Shown: positions 9,656 to 19,521 of the stretch, one piece after another
How positions within the stretch are numbered: position 1 is the stretch's first letter
How the letters are laid out: each line of letters starts with the position of its first letter
Sequence record: DRR723986_4969
Reading direction: 5' to 3' (one strand)
DNA length: 64,000 nucleotides
The notes under the pieces: generated by a model
Told to the model about the DNA's origin: nothing
What the model saw: the letters and a program-made list of their open reading frames with translations, nothing else
Database searches by the model: none
Position numbers and translations under genes: made by a program

Positions 9656-10795
9656 TCAGGCCTGCTGGGCACGGCGCCGGAACAGCGGCTGGATCAGCCG
9701 GCGATAGGCAAGCGCAAAGCCTGTGTAGAAGAGAAACACCGACGCCAGCGAGGCAAGCCCCGCGAGCGTTTGGCCCATGAAGCCATAGACCTCGCCGGTG
9801 TGCAGAAATCTCAGGAAGACCCTGGCGCGCCGGCCTGCCGGCTGGTCTTCGGCGCCGCTGAAGCCAAGCACCTCACCTGAAACCCTGGAGACCGTATAGG
9901 TCGTCTGGCGGGAAAGCTGGGTGCCGTTGCCTGTATCGACGGTCATCACCACACGTGCAGCCTGTCCGTTGGGCAATTTGACCGAAAGCGTCTGCCAGTC
10001 CGGTTCGGCTTGTTTCAGCGTGTCGGCAATGGCCTGCAGGCTGACGGCTTCGCCCTGAGCGCGGTTCTGACCCTGGCGTTCTTCACCGGCAGCCTGGCCG
10101 GTTGCTGCGGGCGAAACCGGCCCGAAGACGGCGGCCACCATGTTGCTGGCCCAGGGATAGGAAATGACGACGCCGGAGACCACCACCGCAAACAGCGGTA
10201 CGAGCGACCAGATGCCGAAGACATGGTGCCAGTTGTAGTCGCGTGCCTTCGCTGTCGGCAGGTTTCTGCGGAAGAGAAGGTTCAGCTTGACGATCCGCCA
10301 GGTCCATTTCTTCGGCCACCAGAGATAAATTCCGGACACCAGGATGAACAGGAAGCCGAGATTGGCAGCACCGGTCACGGCCCGCCCAAGGCCGCGGTTT
10401 TCACCTGTAAGGGCAAACCAGCGGTGCAGCGCGGTCACCGTGCCAAAGAAGGATCTTGTGCCCTCCGCGGCATTGTCGATCCGCCCCCCTGTATAGGGGT
10501 TGAGCAAATGGTTCTCGCGGCGGCTGACCGAAAGTGTGGCCGGGGCGCCGTCCTGCCTTGGCAGGACCAGCGAATTGCCGGGTTGGCCGCCGTTTGCCAG
10601 AACGGCAGTTGCCAGGTCGTCGACAGAGAGAAGCTGAGCATCGGCCGGTTTTTCGACCGCGCGGCTTTCCATGTAGGAGATGATCTGGCGCTCGTAGGTC
10701 AGGACCACGCCGGTGGCTGACATCAGGAGGATAACGAGACCGAAGGCGACCCCGACGACGAGATGCGCCCAGAAAACGATGCGTTTGAAAGACAT
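9656..10795 (-). CDS. PepSY-associated TM helix domain protein
   Basis: FWAHLVVG, LHRWF, SGIYLWWP, YNWHHVFG, FLHTGE conserved His-containing TM motifs. Confidence 0.9.
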   Translation of the reverse strand: MSFKRIVFWAHLVVGVAFGLVILLMSATGVVLTYERQIISYMESRAVEKPADAQLLSVDDLATAVLANGGQPGNSLVLPRQDGAPATLSVSRRENHLLNPYTGGRIDNAAEGTRSFFGTVTALHRWFALTGENRGLGRAVTGAANLGFLFILVSGIYLWWPKKWTWRIVKLNLLFRRNLPTAKARDYNWHHVFGIWSLVPLFAVVVSGVVISYPWASNMVAAVFGPVSPAATGQAAGEERQGQNRAQGEAVSLQAIADTLKQAEPDWQTLSVKLPNGQAARVVMTVDTGNGTQLSRQTTYTVSRVSGEVLGFSGAEDQPAGRRARVFLRFLHTGEVYGFMGQTLAGLASLASVFLFYTGFALAYRRLIQPLFRRRAQQA

Positions 10796-11134
10796 GGTAC
10801 TGCTGCCCGTTTCAGACCGGATTTGACGGTTGCCGGGTCCTCCTCCACCGGCTTCAACAGGCCTAAGCCGAAGATCTCGCTGCGTCAAAGGCAACAGCAG
10901 GGTGTTTGGCCGAGAATTTGTAACCAGTTGTCGCCACCGCGAAGAAACGGGCGCCAAGTGATTTCCGTCAGCGGCTCAAAAGCCCAGGGTTTCCGGGAGC
11001 TCACATGAGGTCCCGGTGCCAAAACCCTCAGAAGTGTCCCAAGCCGCATACAATTTGCCGCACCAAAGGCTGGACGGAAAAGGCGGCGATAGAGACGGGA
11101 GCGGGTGACAGGATGGTCTTGAGGAAGCGGTGCT

Positions 11135-12106
11135 TCACCCGATGACGAAATCCGGCGCGCGAGCAAGAATCGCTGCCGCCTCTCGAACAGTGTTCTCCAC
11201 GATCCTTGCTGCCGGTTGAACGGTTTTCACAAGATCGAGGGATTCTCCGGCAATCAGGGCGCGAACGGAATAGTCGTCCGGGTCGGCAGCCTCATAGGTT
11301 TTCTGGATCTTGTGAGCCGCGCCGGGCAAACCTGCAGGGTCTTCCAGCCAGGGGCGGGAAAACGCATTCTGGACAACCCGCCCTGTGAATTGCGACGGCC
11401 AGTCAAGTCCGCGCGCAACGTCGAACACACTCGACCGGGCCGTGTCGTCCCCGTGCGCCTTGGTCAGGGCAATCTTGGCCTTCTCCGATCCGTTCGCTTC
11501 GACGCTTGCCCAGAAACGGGTTCCCATCATGACACCGTCCGCGCCCAGCATGAGGGCTGCTGCCAGTCCGCGCCCGTCCGCAAGCCCGCCGGCCGCCAAC
11601 ACGATTGCCTCCTTGCCGGCGGCATCGCGAACCGCAGGAAGAAGGGCGGACAGGCCCCGGTCCATGCCGTGACCGCCGCCTTCCTGGCCTTGGGCGACGA
11701 GAACGTCCGTTCCGGCCTTCAGGGCCTGTTCGGCCTGGTCTAGTCGTTGCACCTGCCAGATGGTTGGAATTCCGCGCTCCCTGGCGGCCTTTACGATCGG
11801 TTCCGCGTCACCGAAGGAAACGAACAGGGCCGCCGGATTGCGGTCGAGGATCCGATCCACAAGGGCCGGTTTTTTCAGAAGGCTCCAGGTGATGACACCA
11901 AGACCGACCCGCTGGTCGCCGGCCGCATCGAAGGCAGCGTCGATCCAGTCCGGGTCGCCGTAACCGGCGCCGATAATACCGAAGCCACCGGCGCGGCTGA
12001 CTTCAGCGGCGAGACGTCCATCCGAAATCCTGTCCATCGGTGCCAGGACAACCGGATGGGAAACGGCAAAGCGGCGGGTAAAGGACGTGTCGAGCAGCTG
12101 TTTCAT
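11135..12106 (-). CDS. Nitronate monooxygenase family flavoprotein
   Basis: PVVLAPM, AQGQEGGGHG, AAGGLADGRG, GVMMGTRF. Confidence 0.9.
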   Translation of the reverse strand: MKQLLDTSFTRRFAVSHPVVLAPMDRISDGRLAAEVSRAGGFGIIGAGYGDPDWIDAAFDAAGDQRVGLGVITWSLLKKPALVDRILDRNPAALFVSFGDAEPIVKAARERGIPTIWQVQRLDQAEQALKAGTDVLVAQGQEGGGHGMDRGLSALLPAVRDAAGKEAIVLAAGGLADGRGLAAALMLGADGVMMGTRFWASVEANGSEKAKIALTKAHGDDTARSSVFDVARGLDWPSQFTGRVVQNAFSRPWLEDPAGLPGAAHKIQKTYEAADPDDYSVRALIAGESLDLVKTVQPAARIVENTVREAAAILARAPDFVIG

Positions 12107-12181
12107 GCAGACATGCTGCCATGAAAATCATTTCAGGAAAAATGATTGAAGAAGGAATTTGATATCTCTAATTTGGATATT

Positions 12182-13021
12182 ATGGACATCGTGCTTCTGA
12201 AAACACTGATGGCAGTCGCCGAGACAGGCTCCTTTTCTGGGGCTGCCCAGGCGCTGAATTGCGTGCAGTCGAACGTCACCTCCCGTATCCGGCGTCTTGA
12301 GGAACAATTCGGCCAGAAAGTCTTCCAGCGCAGCAAGGCCGGGGCCCGGCTAACGGAATTTGGTGAACAGGTTCATGCGCGCGCGATCGTGCTTCTGCAA
12401 CAATTTGCGGCGGCCGAGCGCGATCTTCTGGAAGCTGCCGGAGCAGGTGCGCCGCTCAGGCTAGGTTCCATGGAAACAACGGCAGCCGTTCGCTTGCCCG
12501 CTCTTCTCAAGCGTCTGAGAGACAAAAGCGCAGCACCGCTTTCCCTGACGACCGGCCCGACCGCAGACCTGCTGTCAAAGGTGTGGGATCAGAAGATCGA
12601 TGCCGCCTTTGTCGCCGGGCCTGTCGACAAGACCCGGTTTCAGGCGGTTCGTGCCTTCAGCGAAGAGCTTGTCTGCGCCAGTGGTCCGGCCACTTCGGCG
12701 CAGGGCCCCCTGTTGGCCTTTCGCCATGGCTGCAGCTACAGGGCGGCGGCGCAGGCGTGGCTCGGCAGTATCGGCCAGAGCGACAGGGAAGTAACGGAAA
12801 TGGGCACGCTGGAAGGAATTCTGGGCTGTGTGGAGGCCGGTCTCGGCTTCACGGTTGCTCCGAAAAGCGCTGTCCTGGGCTTTCGCAATGCCGACCAGTT
12901 GACGACGACCCCGCTCCCGCCGCCTTTTGGCGAAACCGTCACCTATCTTGTCTGGCGCGTCGACCGCAAACCGGTCGAGGCGCACAGGAAGCTGCTGGAA
13001 ATCCTGGCAGAACGGGCCTGA
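12182..13021 (+). CDS. LysR-family regulator (divergent from nitronate monooxygenase)
   Basis: GSFSGAAQALNCVQSNVTSRIRRLE HTH. Confidence 0.93.
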   Translation: MDIVLLKTLMAVAETGSFSGAAQALNCVQSNVTSRIRRLEEQFGQKVFQRSKAGARLTEFGEQVHARAIVLLQQFAAAERDLLEAAGAGAPLRLGSMETTAAVRLPALLKRLRDKSAAPLSLTTGPTADLLSKVWDQKIDAAFVAGPVDKTRFQAVRAFSEELVCASGPATSAQGPLLAFRHGCSYRAAAQAWLGSIGQSDREVTEMGTLEGILGCVEAGLGFTVAPKSAVLGFRNADQLTTTPLPPPFGETVTYLVWRVDRKPVEAHRKLLEILAERA

Positions 13022-13033
13022 GGCTTCAGGCCG

Positions 13034-13942
13034 TCAGACCACCCGCAAATCCGGCTGTATCTTGCCCGCCAGCGCCGAGCGCGGCGCAATGGCGTTCTGC
13101 AGGAGGTCGTTGAGATGCTCTTCCAGGTAGTCGACGATGGGCGATTGAGTTGTCGACTGGGTGTAGATCGCGAGCTGTGTTGCCGGAAGCTTCGGAAAGC
13201 CATCCTGCTCCTTCAGGATCTTGAAGCCTTCCAGAATGGCTCCCGACGGCAGGCAGCAAAGGCCTGCACCCGACAGAACGGCTACCTGGGCGGCGGCAAC
13301 GCTGGTGGTGGTGATGCGCTCGTACCACTGCCGTCCGGCGCGGGCGAGCGAACCGAAGGAGATTTCCCGGAAAGGGCAGGGTTCGGGAAACATGATCAAT
13401 GGCAGCGGATCGGTTAGCGGGCAGTTGTCGCCAACCGCCCAGTGCAGCGGCTCCTCGAAAATCTCGACCGGCATCTGCTTGGTAGACGAGACAAGGGCTA
13501 TTGCGAGGTTGATTTCGTTGTTGGACAGCATTTCGTGCAGTGTGGCGCTGTCGGCGACCGTCATCTCAAGTTTCACGTTGGGGTGAATGCGCACGAAATT
13601 GCAGAAAATCGATTGCAGCTGGCCGGTCGCATACCATTCTGGCAGGCCGACATGCACCGTGCCGGTCAGTTCCGGCGCAGACAGGCGCAACCTGGCTTCC
13701 TCGTGTGAGCGCAGGATTTCCGTGGCGTGTTGATAAAGGATACGCCCGGCGGGCGTGAGGTTCATTGTGCGCGCGCTGCGCTCGATCAGCGGTTTGCCGA
13801 CCCGTTCCTCCAGACGCCGCAGCTGAGTGCTGACGCAGGGTTGTGTGCGGTTCAACCGAGATCCCGCATGTGTGACGTTGCCTGCTTCTGCAACAGCCAC
13901 AAAGGCTTCCAGCAACTCGATATTAAAACGGCCTATGGTCAT
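13034..13942 (-). CDS. LysR-family regulator (divergent from methyltransferase-MFS)
   Basis: GNVTHAGSRLNRTQPCVSTQLRRLEE HTH. Confidence 0.93.
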   Translation of the reverse strand: MTIGRFNIELLEAFVAVAEAGNVTHAGSRLNRTQPCVSTQLRRLEERVGKPLIERSARTMNLTPAGRILYQHATEILRSHEEARLRLSAPELTGTVHVGLPEWYATGQLQSIFCNFVRIHPNVKLEMTVADSATLHEMLSNNEINLAIALVSSTKQMPVEIFEEPLHWAVGDNCPLTDPLPLIMFPEPCPFREISFGSLARAGRQWYERITTTSVAAAQVAVLSGAGLCCLPSGAILEGFKILKEQDGFPKLPATQLAIYTQSTTQSPIVDYLEEHLNDLLQNAIAPRSALAGKIQPDLRVV

Positions 13943-14007
13943 GTCCCTGCCTCCGTTTTAGCGCAAGACGACCTATGCGGTTTTCCGCCGGTCCAGCGCC
14001 ACACAAG

Positions 14008-14024
14008 CATAACGTTCCATTATG
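14008..14024. promoter_or_regulatory. Putative LysR recognition dyad (T-N11-A)
   Basis: CATAA-cgttcca-TTATG in the LysR/methyltransferase divergent spacer. Confidence 0.5.
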
Positions 14025-14104
14025 GGGCGCTTCAATTATAAATTTAAGGGTCGGTAAAAAATCCCGTAATCCGAGAGTCTCTTTTGTCAAAACAGGTATC
14101 CGCC

Positions 14105-15145
14105 ATGACTTTAGCGCTTTCCTATGGCCAGCCGGAGCATGGGCCAGATCACCAGACGACCGGCCCCCTTTCGCTGCAACAAAGAGTTCACAGGGCAATT
14201 GCCTGCCACACGGAATTCAGTCTCGATACGATCCTGACCCAGGACAACCGGGTGAAATACACAAACGAAGGCAGTTCGGAGACCGCAACCGGTCCTCTGG
14301 ACGAGGTGTTTCAGCTGATGCGCCAGCTGAACGAGACCGGCATCGCATCGGACACGCTTGGCCGAATTCATGAAGACGGCAGGTCTTTTCGGGCGGCGCT
14401 GGAAGAAAGCTGCGGGCGGATTGCAACCGAGCTTGCAGGCGAGCGGCTGGTGTATGTCGAACTGGGGCCGGAGCCGGTCAAGACCGGGTTCATTCTCAAG
14501 ACACTGCAGGGCCTGGGCGTCATCATAGATCGTTATATCGCCGTCGACATCAACCCGATGTCGGCTGCGCCGATGCGGGCAGCCCTCGCGGCGATCCTGC
14601 CGGACACTCCACTTGAGTTTGTCACCGCGCCTTTCGAGGCCTGCCGCCTGGAAGACATGATCGAAGACGGTGCGCCACCCGCCCTCGTGACAATGCTCGG
14701 TTTTCAGGAAGGCAATGACGATCCGGCAGTGGTCAACGGCTGGCTGCGGGACATTACTCGGCCAGGAGACCTGCTGCTGTCCGAAAGCCAGCTCTACACC
14801 ATCGAACAGACTGACAAGATCTCCGGTTTTTACGCCCACCCGGCCATGCAGCGGTTTTCGCGCATCGCGTTCGAACGGGCGGTGGACCGCAGTTTGCCGA
14901 CGCTGAATCGCTTCTTTTTGCTGCCTGTCGTGTTCGAGGATGGCCAGAGTGCGCAAGTGGCCATTCTGGCCGAAGAATTCGCGCATTCAATCAGCGGAAG
15001 AAACTTGCATGTTTCCAACTTCTGCCTGAAACTCACGCGCGATCAGTATCGCTCGTACCGGCAGGAGGGTGGCCATTTCGAAATATTCGGCGAGAGCTAC
15101 ACGGATGACCAGACACTTCACTTCCAGCTCTCCCGCCGGGTTTGA
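14105..15145 (+). CDS. EgtD-like (Methyltransf_33-type) SAM-dependent methyltransferase, divergent
   Basis: VKYTNEGS, YVELGPEPVKTGFIL, YIAVDIN, MLGFQEGN resemble EgtD-family motifs (LVELGSG..KT..LL, Y.P.D.S, FLGSTIGN). Confidence 0.65.
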   Translation: MTLALSYGQPEHGPDHQTTGPLSLQQRVHRAIACHTEFSLDTILTQDNRVKYTNEGSSETATGPLDEVFQLMRQLNETGIASDTLGRIHEDGRSFRAALEESCGRIATELAGERLVYVELGPEPVKTGFILKTLQGLGVIIDRYIAVDINPMSAAPMRAALAAILPDTPLEFVTAPFEACRLEDMIEDGAPPALVTMLGFQEGNDDPAVVNGWLRDITRPGDLLLSESQLYTIEQTDKISGFYAHPAMQRFSRIAFERAVDRSLPTLNRFFLLPVVFEDGQSAQVAILAEEFAHSISGRNLHVSNFCLKLTRDQYRSYRQEGGHFEIFGESYTDDQTLHFQLSRRV

Positions 15146-15146
15146 G

Positions 15147-16301
15147 ATGACCTTGGCACAGACCCGCGGTCTTACTGCCGCGGGCCTGGCCATCGTCGCT
15201 GTCACCTACGGACTGGCACGTTATTGTTTTGGCCTGTTCCTGCCGGAAATCCGTCAGGAATTCGCGCTGTCGCCGGAAACGGTCGGCCTGATCGCCGGTC
15301 TGTCCTATCTGGGCTATCTGGCGGCGACTTTCGTCGGTTCCTGGCTGTCGACGGTGTTCGAACCGCGCTTGCCGATCCTGCTCGGCGGCCTCGCCGCCAC
15401 AACAGGCATGGCCATGATCGCCCTGGCACAGACACCGTTCATACTGGCGCTTGGCGTCTTCGTTGCAGGAGCAAGCCCGGGCCTTTCCTATCCGCCCTTT
15501 TCCGATGTCATCGTGCGTCATACGGAACTCAGCCGGCAGAACAGCGTCTATGCCTGGATCAACTCCGGCACCGGTTTCGGCGTTGCCTTTGCCGGGCCGC
15601 TGGCACTCTTCGCAGGTGGTGACTGGCGGCTCGCCTGGCTGGTTTTCGCGGTAATCGCCTTCAGTGTTACGATCTGGAACGCAGCCACCTTGCCCCGGCG
15701 CAGCGTGCATCTGGAACATGCCCGTCCCAGGGTGTCCGTCTGGATCCTTATGGATCGGACAGCGCGCGGACTGTTTGTCGCGGCATTTCTTTTCGGCATC
15801 GTCACCGCCGTCTACTGGACCTATGCCGTCGAACTCCTGACCATGCTGACGGGCAATCCACGAGACGCAATCCTGTTCTGGATCGTGTTGGGCATTTCGG
15901 GCGTTACCGGCTGCTTCGCCGGTGGTCTTGTCGATCGCTGGGGTTTGCAGGCTGCCTATCGTGTCCTGGCGGTTCTGGTCGGGACCGCAATCGGCACTCT
16001 GCCGCTGCTTGTGGAAACAAGACTCGGGATCTACGTGTCAGCGGCCTGTTTCGGCGTCGGTTTCATCGTGATGACCGCCCTTTTCGGCATGTGGAGCATG
16101 AGGCTGTTCCGGCAGGCACCGTCCATCGGATTCGGCTTTACCTTCTTCCTGATTTCCCTGGGGCAGGGGGTCGGGCCCGTGCTGAGCGGCTTTCTCATTC
16201 CGGTTGTCGGCCATTCGGCGCTTTTCTTCGCAGCCGGGCTTCTGTGCTGCGGCCTGGCGGGCTTTGCGGCCGGAAGGCAGGCCGAAGGGGTCAGACCATA
16301 A
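15147..16301 (+). CDS. MFS transporter (YbfB/YjiJ-like)
   Basis: YGLARYCFGLFLP, INSGTGFG; about 12 TM; starts 1 nt after the methyltransferase stop. Confidence 0.88.
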   Translation: MTLAQTRGLTAAGLAIVAVTYGLARYCFGLFLPEIRQEFALSPETVGLIAGLSYLGYLAATFVGSWLSTVFEPRLPILLGGLAATTGMAMIALAQTPFILALGVFVAGASPGLSYPPFSDVIVRHTELSRQNSVYAWINSGTGFGVAFAGPLALFAGGDWRLAWLVFAVIAFSVTIWNAATLPRRSVHLEHARPRVSVWILMDRTARGLFVAAFLFGIVTAVYWTYAVELLTMLTGNPRDAILFWIVLGISGVTGCFAGGLVDRWGLQAAYRVLAVLVGTAIGTLPLLVETRLGIYVSAACFGVGFIVMTALFGMWSMRLFRQAPSIGFGFTFFLISLGQGVGPVLSGFLIPVVGHSALFFAAGLLCCGLAGFAAGRQAEGVRP

Positions 16302-16383
16302 CAGCGGGTTATGGTGGCCAACGCCCACATAACCGCTATGTGCTGGCCTTTCCCGGAAATTGCAAGCATGTTGGCAGCACGCT

Positions 16384-16644
16384 ATGATTGATGAACAGAA
16401 TGCGATTGGATCGATGATACTCACCGCCGCCAACACCGCCGGGGCCAAGCTCGACATGGAGCTGTGTCGGGCCCTCTATGAAAAAGACCCGGACCGGCTC
16501 CTTGAACTTGTGTCCGACTGGCTGGAAACCAACGGTTTGCAGCCGAGTGAAGACTTTAAGGTGCCCGCTTATCTCGATGCAGTTCTGACCCGTGCCAACT
16601 TCACTGTTGCCAGCGGAAGCAAGCTGCGCGTGCTGGTATCCTGA
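16384..16644 (+). CDS. Small hypothetical protein
   Basis: 86-aa ORF filling the MFS-comM gap with plausible composition; no recognised motif. Confidence 0.55.
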   Translation: MIDEQNAIGSMILTAANTAGAKLDMELCRALYEKDPDRLLELVSDWLETNGLQPSEDFKVPAYLDAVLTRANFTVASGSKLRVLVS

Positions 16645-16661
16645 CCGGACTGACTCTGTCT

Positions 16662-16676
16662 GTTCCATATTTGTTC
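16662..16676 (+). promoter_or_regulatory. LexA (SOS) box, alphaproteobacterial GTTC-N7-GTTC
   Basis: GTTC-CATATTT-GTTC about 57 bp upstream of the comM/yifB start. Confidence 0.85.
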
Positions 16677-16732
16677 TTGCGTCTTTTATCGACATATGCT
16701 TCGTTGACCTGCATCTGTAAGTAGAGGTGAAT

Positions 16733-18259
16733 ATGGTCAGCCGGATCACGACAGTCGCGTTTCGGGGCATCGAGGCAGTTCCGGTAGACGTGCAGGTACA
16801 TGTCGGGCCGGGCATGGTTGCCTTCACCATCGTCGGCCTGCCGGACAAGGCCGTTGCAGAAAGTCGGGAACGAGTTCGCGCGGCGCTTGCCGCTTCAGGC
16901 CTGGCCCTGCCGGCCAAACGCGTCACAGTCAATCTCGCCCCTGCCGACCTGCCCAAGGAAGGCTCGCATTACGATCTGCCGATCGCGCTGGGCGTTATGG
17001 CCGCCATCGGCGCCATACCGGCTGAATTTCTGGAAAGATACGTTGTTCTGGGCGAGCTTGGTCTCGACGGCACGCTTGCGCCTGTTGCTGGTGTCCTGCC
17101 GGCCGCCATGGGCGCCAACGGCATCGGCAAGGGCCTCATCTGCCCGGAAGCCAGCGGCGGCGAGGCCGCCTGGGCCGACGCAGACATGGACATTCTCGCG
17201 CCCCGCTCGCTGATCCAGCTCGCCAATCACTTCAAGGGAACACAGGTGCTCTCCCGGCCGGTGGCCCGGCTGCGCGGCAATGCCGGTGTGCTTCCGGACC
17301 TTGCGGAGGTCAAGGGACAGGAAAGCGCCAGACGGGCGCTGGAGATAGCCGCTGCCGGCGGGCACAACCTGCTGATGACCGGTCCTCCCGGCTCCGGCAA
17401 ATCCATGCTGGCGCAGCGCCTGCCGTCCATCCTGCCGGCCCTGACCCCGCGCGAGCTTCTGGAAGTGTCCATGATCGCCTCGCTCGCGGGCGAGCTGGCC
17501 GAAGGCAAATTGACCGATCGACGTCCCTTCCGCGCGCCGCATCACTCCGCCTCCATGGCCGCCCTGGTCGGTGGCGGGATGCGCGCCCGGCCCGGTGAGG
17601 TCTCGCTCGCCCATAACGGAGTGTTATTCCTCGACGAGCTTCCCGAGTTCAATCCGCAGGTTCTCGACAGTCTGCGCCAGCCGCTGGAATCGGGCGAAGC
17701 GGTGATCGCCCGCGCGAACCACCGGGTCACCTATCCGGCCCGCATCCAGCTTGTGGCGGCCATGAACCCCTGCCGCTGCGGCCATGCGGGCGAGCCGGGC
17801 CACCAGTGCCGCCGGGGCGAGCGCTGCGTCACCGACTATCAGGCCCGGGTGTCTGGACCGCTGCTTGACCGGATCGACGTCAGGATCGATGTTCCGGCCG
17901 TTACGGCGGCCGACCTGATCGGTCCTGCGGCCAGCGAACCGTCAGCCGTCGTGGCCGCTCGGGTCGCTGAAGCGCGCAGCATCCAGGCAGAACGCTTCCT
18001 GGAACTTGGCCTTGCCTGCCGCACAAATGCCCAGGCACCTGCATCGATTGTCGAAACCATGACACGGCCAGATGACAAGGGGCTCGCTTTCCTGCGCGAT
18101 GTTGCCGAGCGTCTTGCCCTGAGCGCACGCGGATATCACCGCGTCCTCAAACTCGCCCGCACGCTGGCCGATCTGGACGGTGCGGATCAGGTTGGCCGCA
18201 TTCACCTGGCGGAGGCCTTGAGTTACCGCGGCGAAGACATGTCCCGCAAGGCGGCGTGA
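16733..18259 (+). CDS. comM: ComM/YifB Mg-chelatase-like AAA+ ATPase
   Basis: IVGLPDKAVAESRERV, NLAPADLPKEGSHYDLPIA, GPPGSGKSM, HNGVLFLDELPEF, AMNPCRCG. Confidence 0.95.
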   Translation: MVSRITTVAFRGIEAVPVDVQVHVGPGMVAFTIVGLPDKAVAESRERVRAALAASGLALPAKRVTVNLAPADLPKEGSHYDLPIALGVMAAIGAIPAEFLERYVVLGELGLDGTLAPVAGVLPAAMGANGIGKGLICPEASGGEAAWADADMDILAPRSLIQLANHFKGTQVLSRPVARLRGNAGVLPDLAEVKGQESARRALEIAAAGGHNLLMTGPPGSGKSMLAQRLPSILPALTPRELLEVSMIASLAGELAEGKLTDRRPFRAPHHSASMAALVGGGMRARPGEVSLAHNGVLFLDELPEFNPQVLDSLRQPLESGEAVIARANHRVTYPARIQLVAAMNPCRCGHAGEPGHQCRRGERCVTDYQARVSGPLLDRIDVRIDVPAVTAADLIGPAASEPSAVVAARVAEARSIQAERFLELGLACRTNAQAPASIVETMTRPDDKGLAFLRDVAERLALSARGYHRVLKLARTLADLDGADQVGRIHLAEALSYRGEDMSRKAA

Positions 18260-18298
18260 CAGCGTTGACCGTGACACCGCGAGGGATTGTCTGACGCA

Positions 18299-19423
18299 AT
18301 GACAGCAGACGTCATCATCATCGGCGGCGGTGTTGCCGGGCTGAGCGCGGCCTGTTTTCTGTCCGAGTTTGCGCAAGTGACGCTTCTGGAGCGCGAGCCG
18401 GCGCTGGCAACGCAGTCTTCAGCCCGCACGGCAGGGCATTTCACGGCCGGCATTTCCGCCAACACAATGCGCGCACTGGCCGCGGCAAGCCGTGCGTTCT
18501 TTCAGGTGCCGCCGCCGGGATTTTGCGAGCAGACGCTTGTCGTGCCCCGCGGCTGCCTGACGGTTGGGCGTGAGGAGCATCGGCCTGTTCTGGAGAAGCT
18601 GATGGCAAGGCTGCAGGAGGCCGGGTCGGACTGCCGGTTTGTTGACAGACAAGAGGCTTTGGCCCTGTTTCCGGCCCTCCGGCCGGAACGGGTTCATGCG
18701 GGAGTTTTCGAAGCAGATGCGATGGATATCGATGTCGATCTGCTGCTGCAATCCTATCGCAAGGCGGCTGCTGCCAATGGCGCTCGCTTCGTCTGCAAGG
18801 CGGAAGTCACTTCCATCCGGCGGATTGCCGACACATGGCAGGTGACGGCCGGAGACCGGACGCTTTCGGCACCCGTTCTGGTCAACGCGGCCGGGGCCTG
18901 GGCGGACCGGGTTGCGGATCTTGCCGGTGTCCCGGCGCTTGGCCTCAAGGCCTTTCGCCGTTCGGCCTTCACGTTTCCGCTTCACCGTCAGGACGCCGGT
19001 GTCTGGCCACATGTTACGACGGCTGATTACACCTGGTACGTCCATCCGCAGCCGCACGGCTTCACGGCGTCACCGGCAGAGGCTGATCCAGTTTCTCCGG
19101 GAGAGGTTTATGCAGATGATCTTCGCCTTGCAGAGGCGATCCATCATATCGGCATCGACACCGAGCTGGCCGCGCCGCGTCCATCCGCAAGCTGGGCAGG
19201 ATTGCGCACGTTTGCGCCTGACCGAAACCCAGTCTGCGGCGGATTTCCCGATCATCCGGGTTATTTTGTCAGCGCAGGCCAGGGCGGATGCGGGGTTCTG
19301 ACATCCCCGGCGATGGGCAGGGCACTGGCGGCCCTCGTTGCCGGCCGGGACTTGCCGGGTGATCTGTCCGCCTGCGGTATCACACAGGACCAGCTTGCAC
19401 CCGGACGGTTCCTGCAGGCCTGA
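18299..19423 (+). CDS. FAD-dependent oxidoreductase (D-amino-acid oxidase / DauA-like family)
   Basis: IIGGGVAG, VNAAGAWAD, WAGLRTFAPDRNPVCG, GQGGCG. Confidence 0.88.
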   Translation: MTADVIIIGGGVAGLSAACFLSEFAQVTLLEREPALATQSSARTAGHFTAGISANTMRALAAASRAFFQVPPPGFCEQTLVVPRGCLTVGREEHRPVLEKLMARLQEAGSDCRFVDRQEALALFPALRPERVHAGVFEADAMDIDVDLLLQSYRKAAAANGARFVCKAEVTSIRRIADTWQVTAGDRTLSAPVLVNAAGAWADRVADLAGVPALGLKAFRRSAFTFPLHRQDAGVWPHVTTADYTWYVHPQPHGFTASPAEADPVSPGEVYADDLRLAEAIHHIGIDTELAAPRPSASWAGLRTFAPDRNPVCGGFPDHPGYFVSAGQGGCGVLTSPAMGRALAALVAGRDLPGDLSACGITQDQLAPGRFLQA

Positions 19424-19521
19424 GCTTCTTCATTTGACAAAGACGGCAATTTCCAGGAAAAAATTCCTCAAGCCAGTCGGGGTTCGGCAAGCCAGATAAC
19501 CTGTAATGCCGGAGATACCCC

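Noticed and set aside
10796-11134. Cobalamin riboswitch upstream of the PepSY gene
   Set aside because: Conserved B12-box elements were not found on the minus strand.
19424-19521. Iron-regulator box before the siderophore-binding gene
   Set aside because: No convincing dyad visible by eye.
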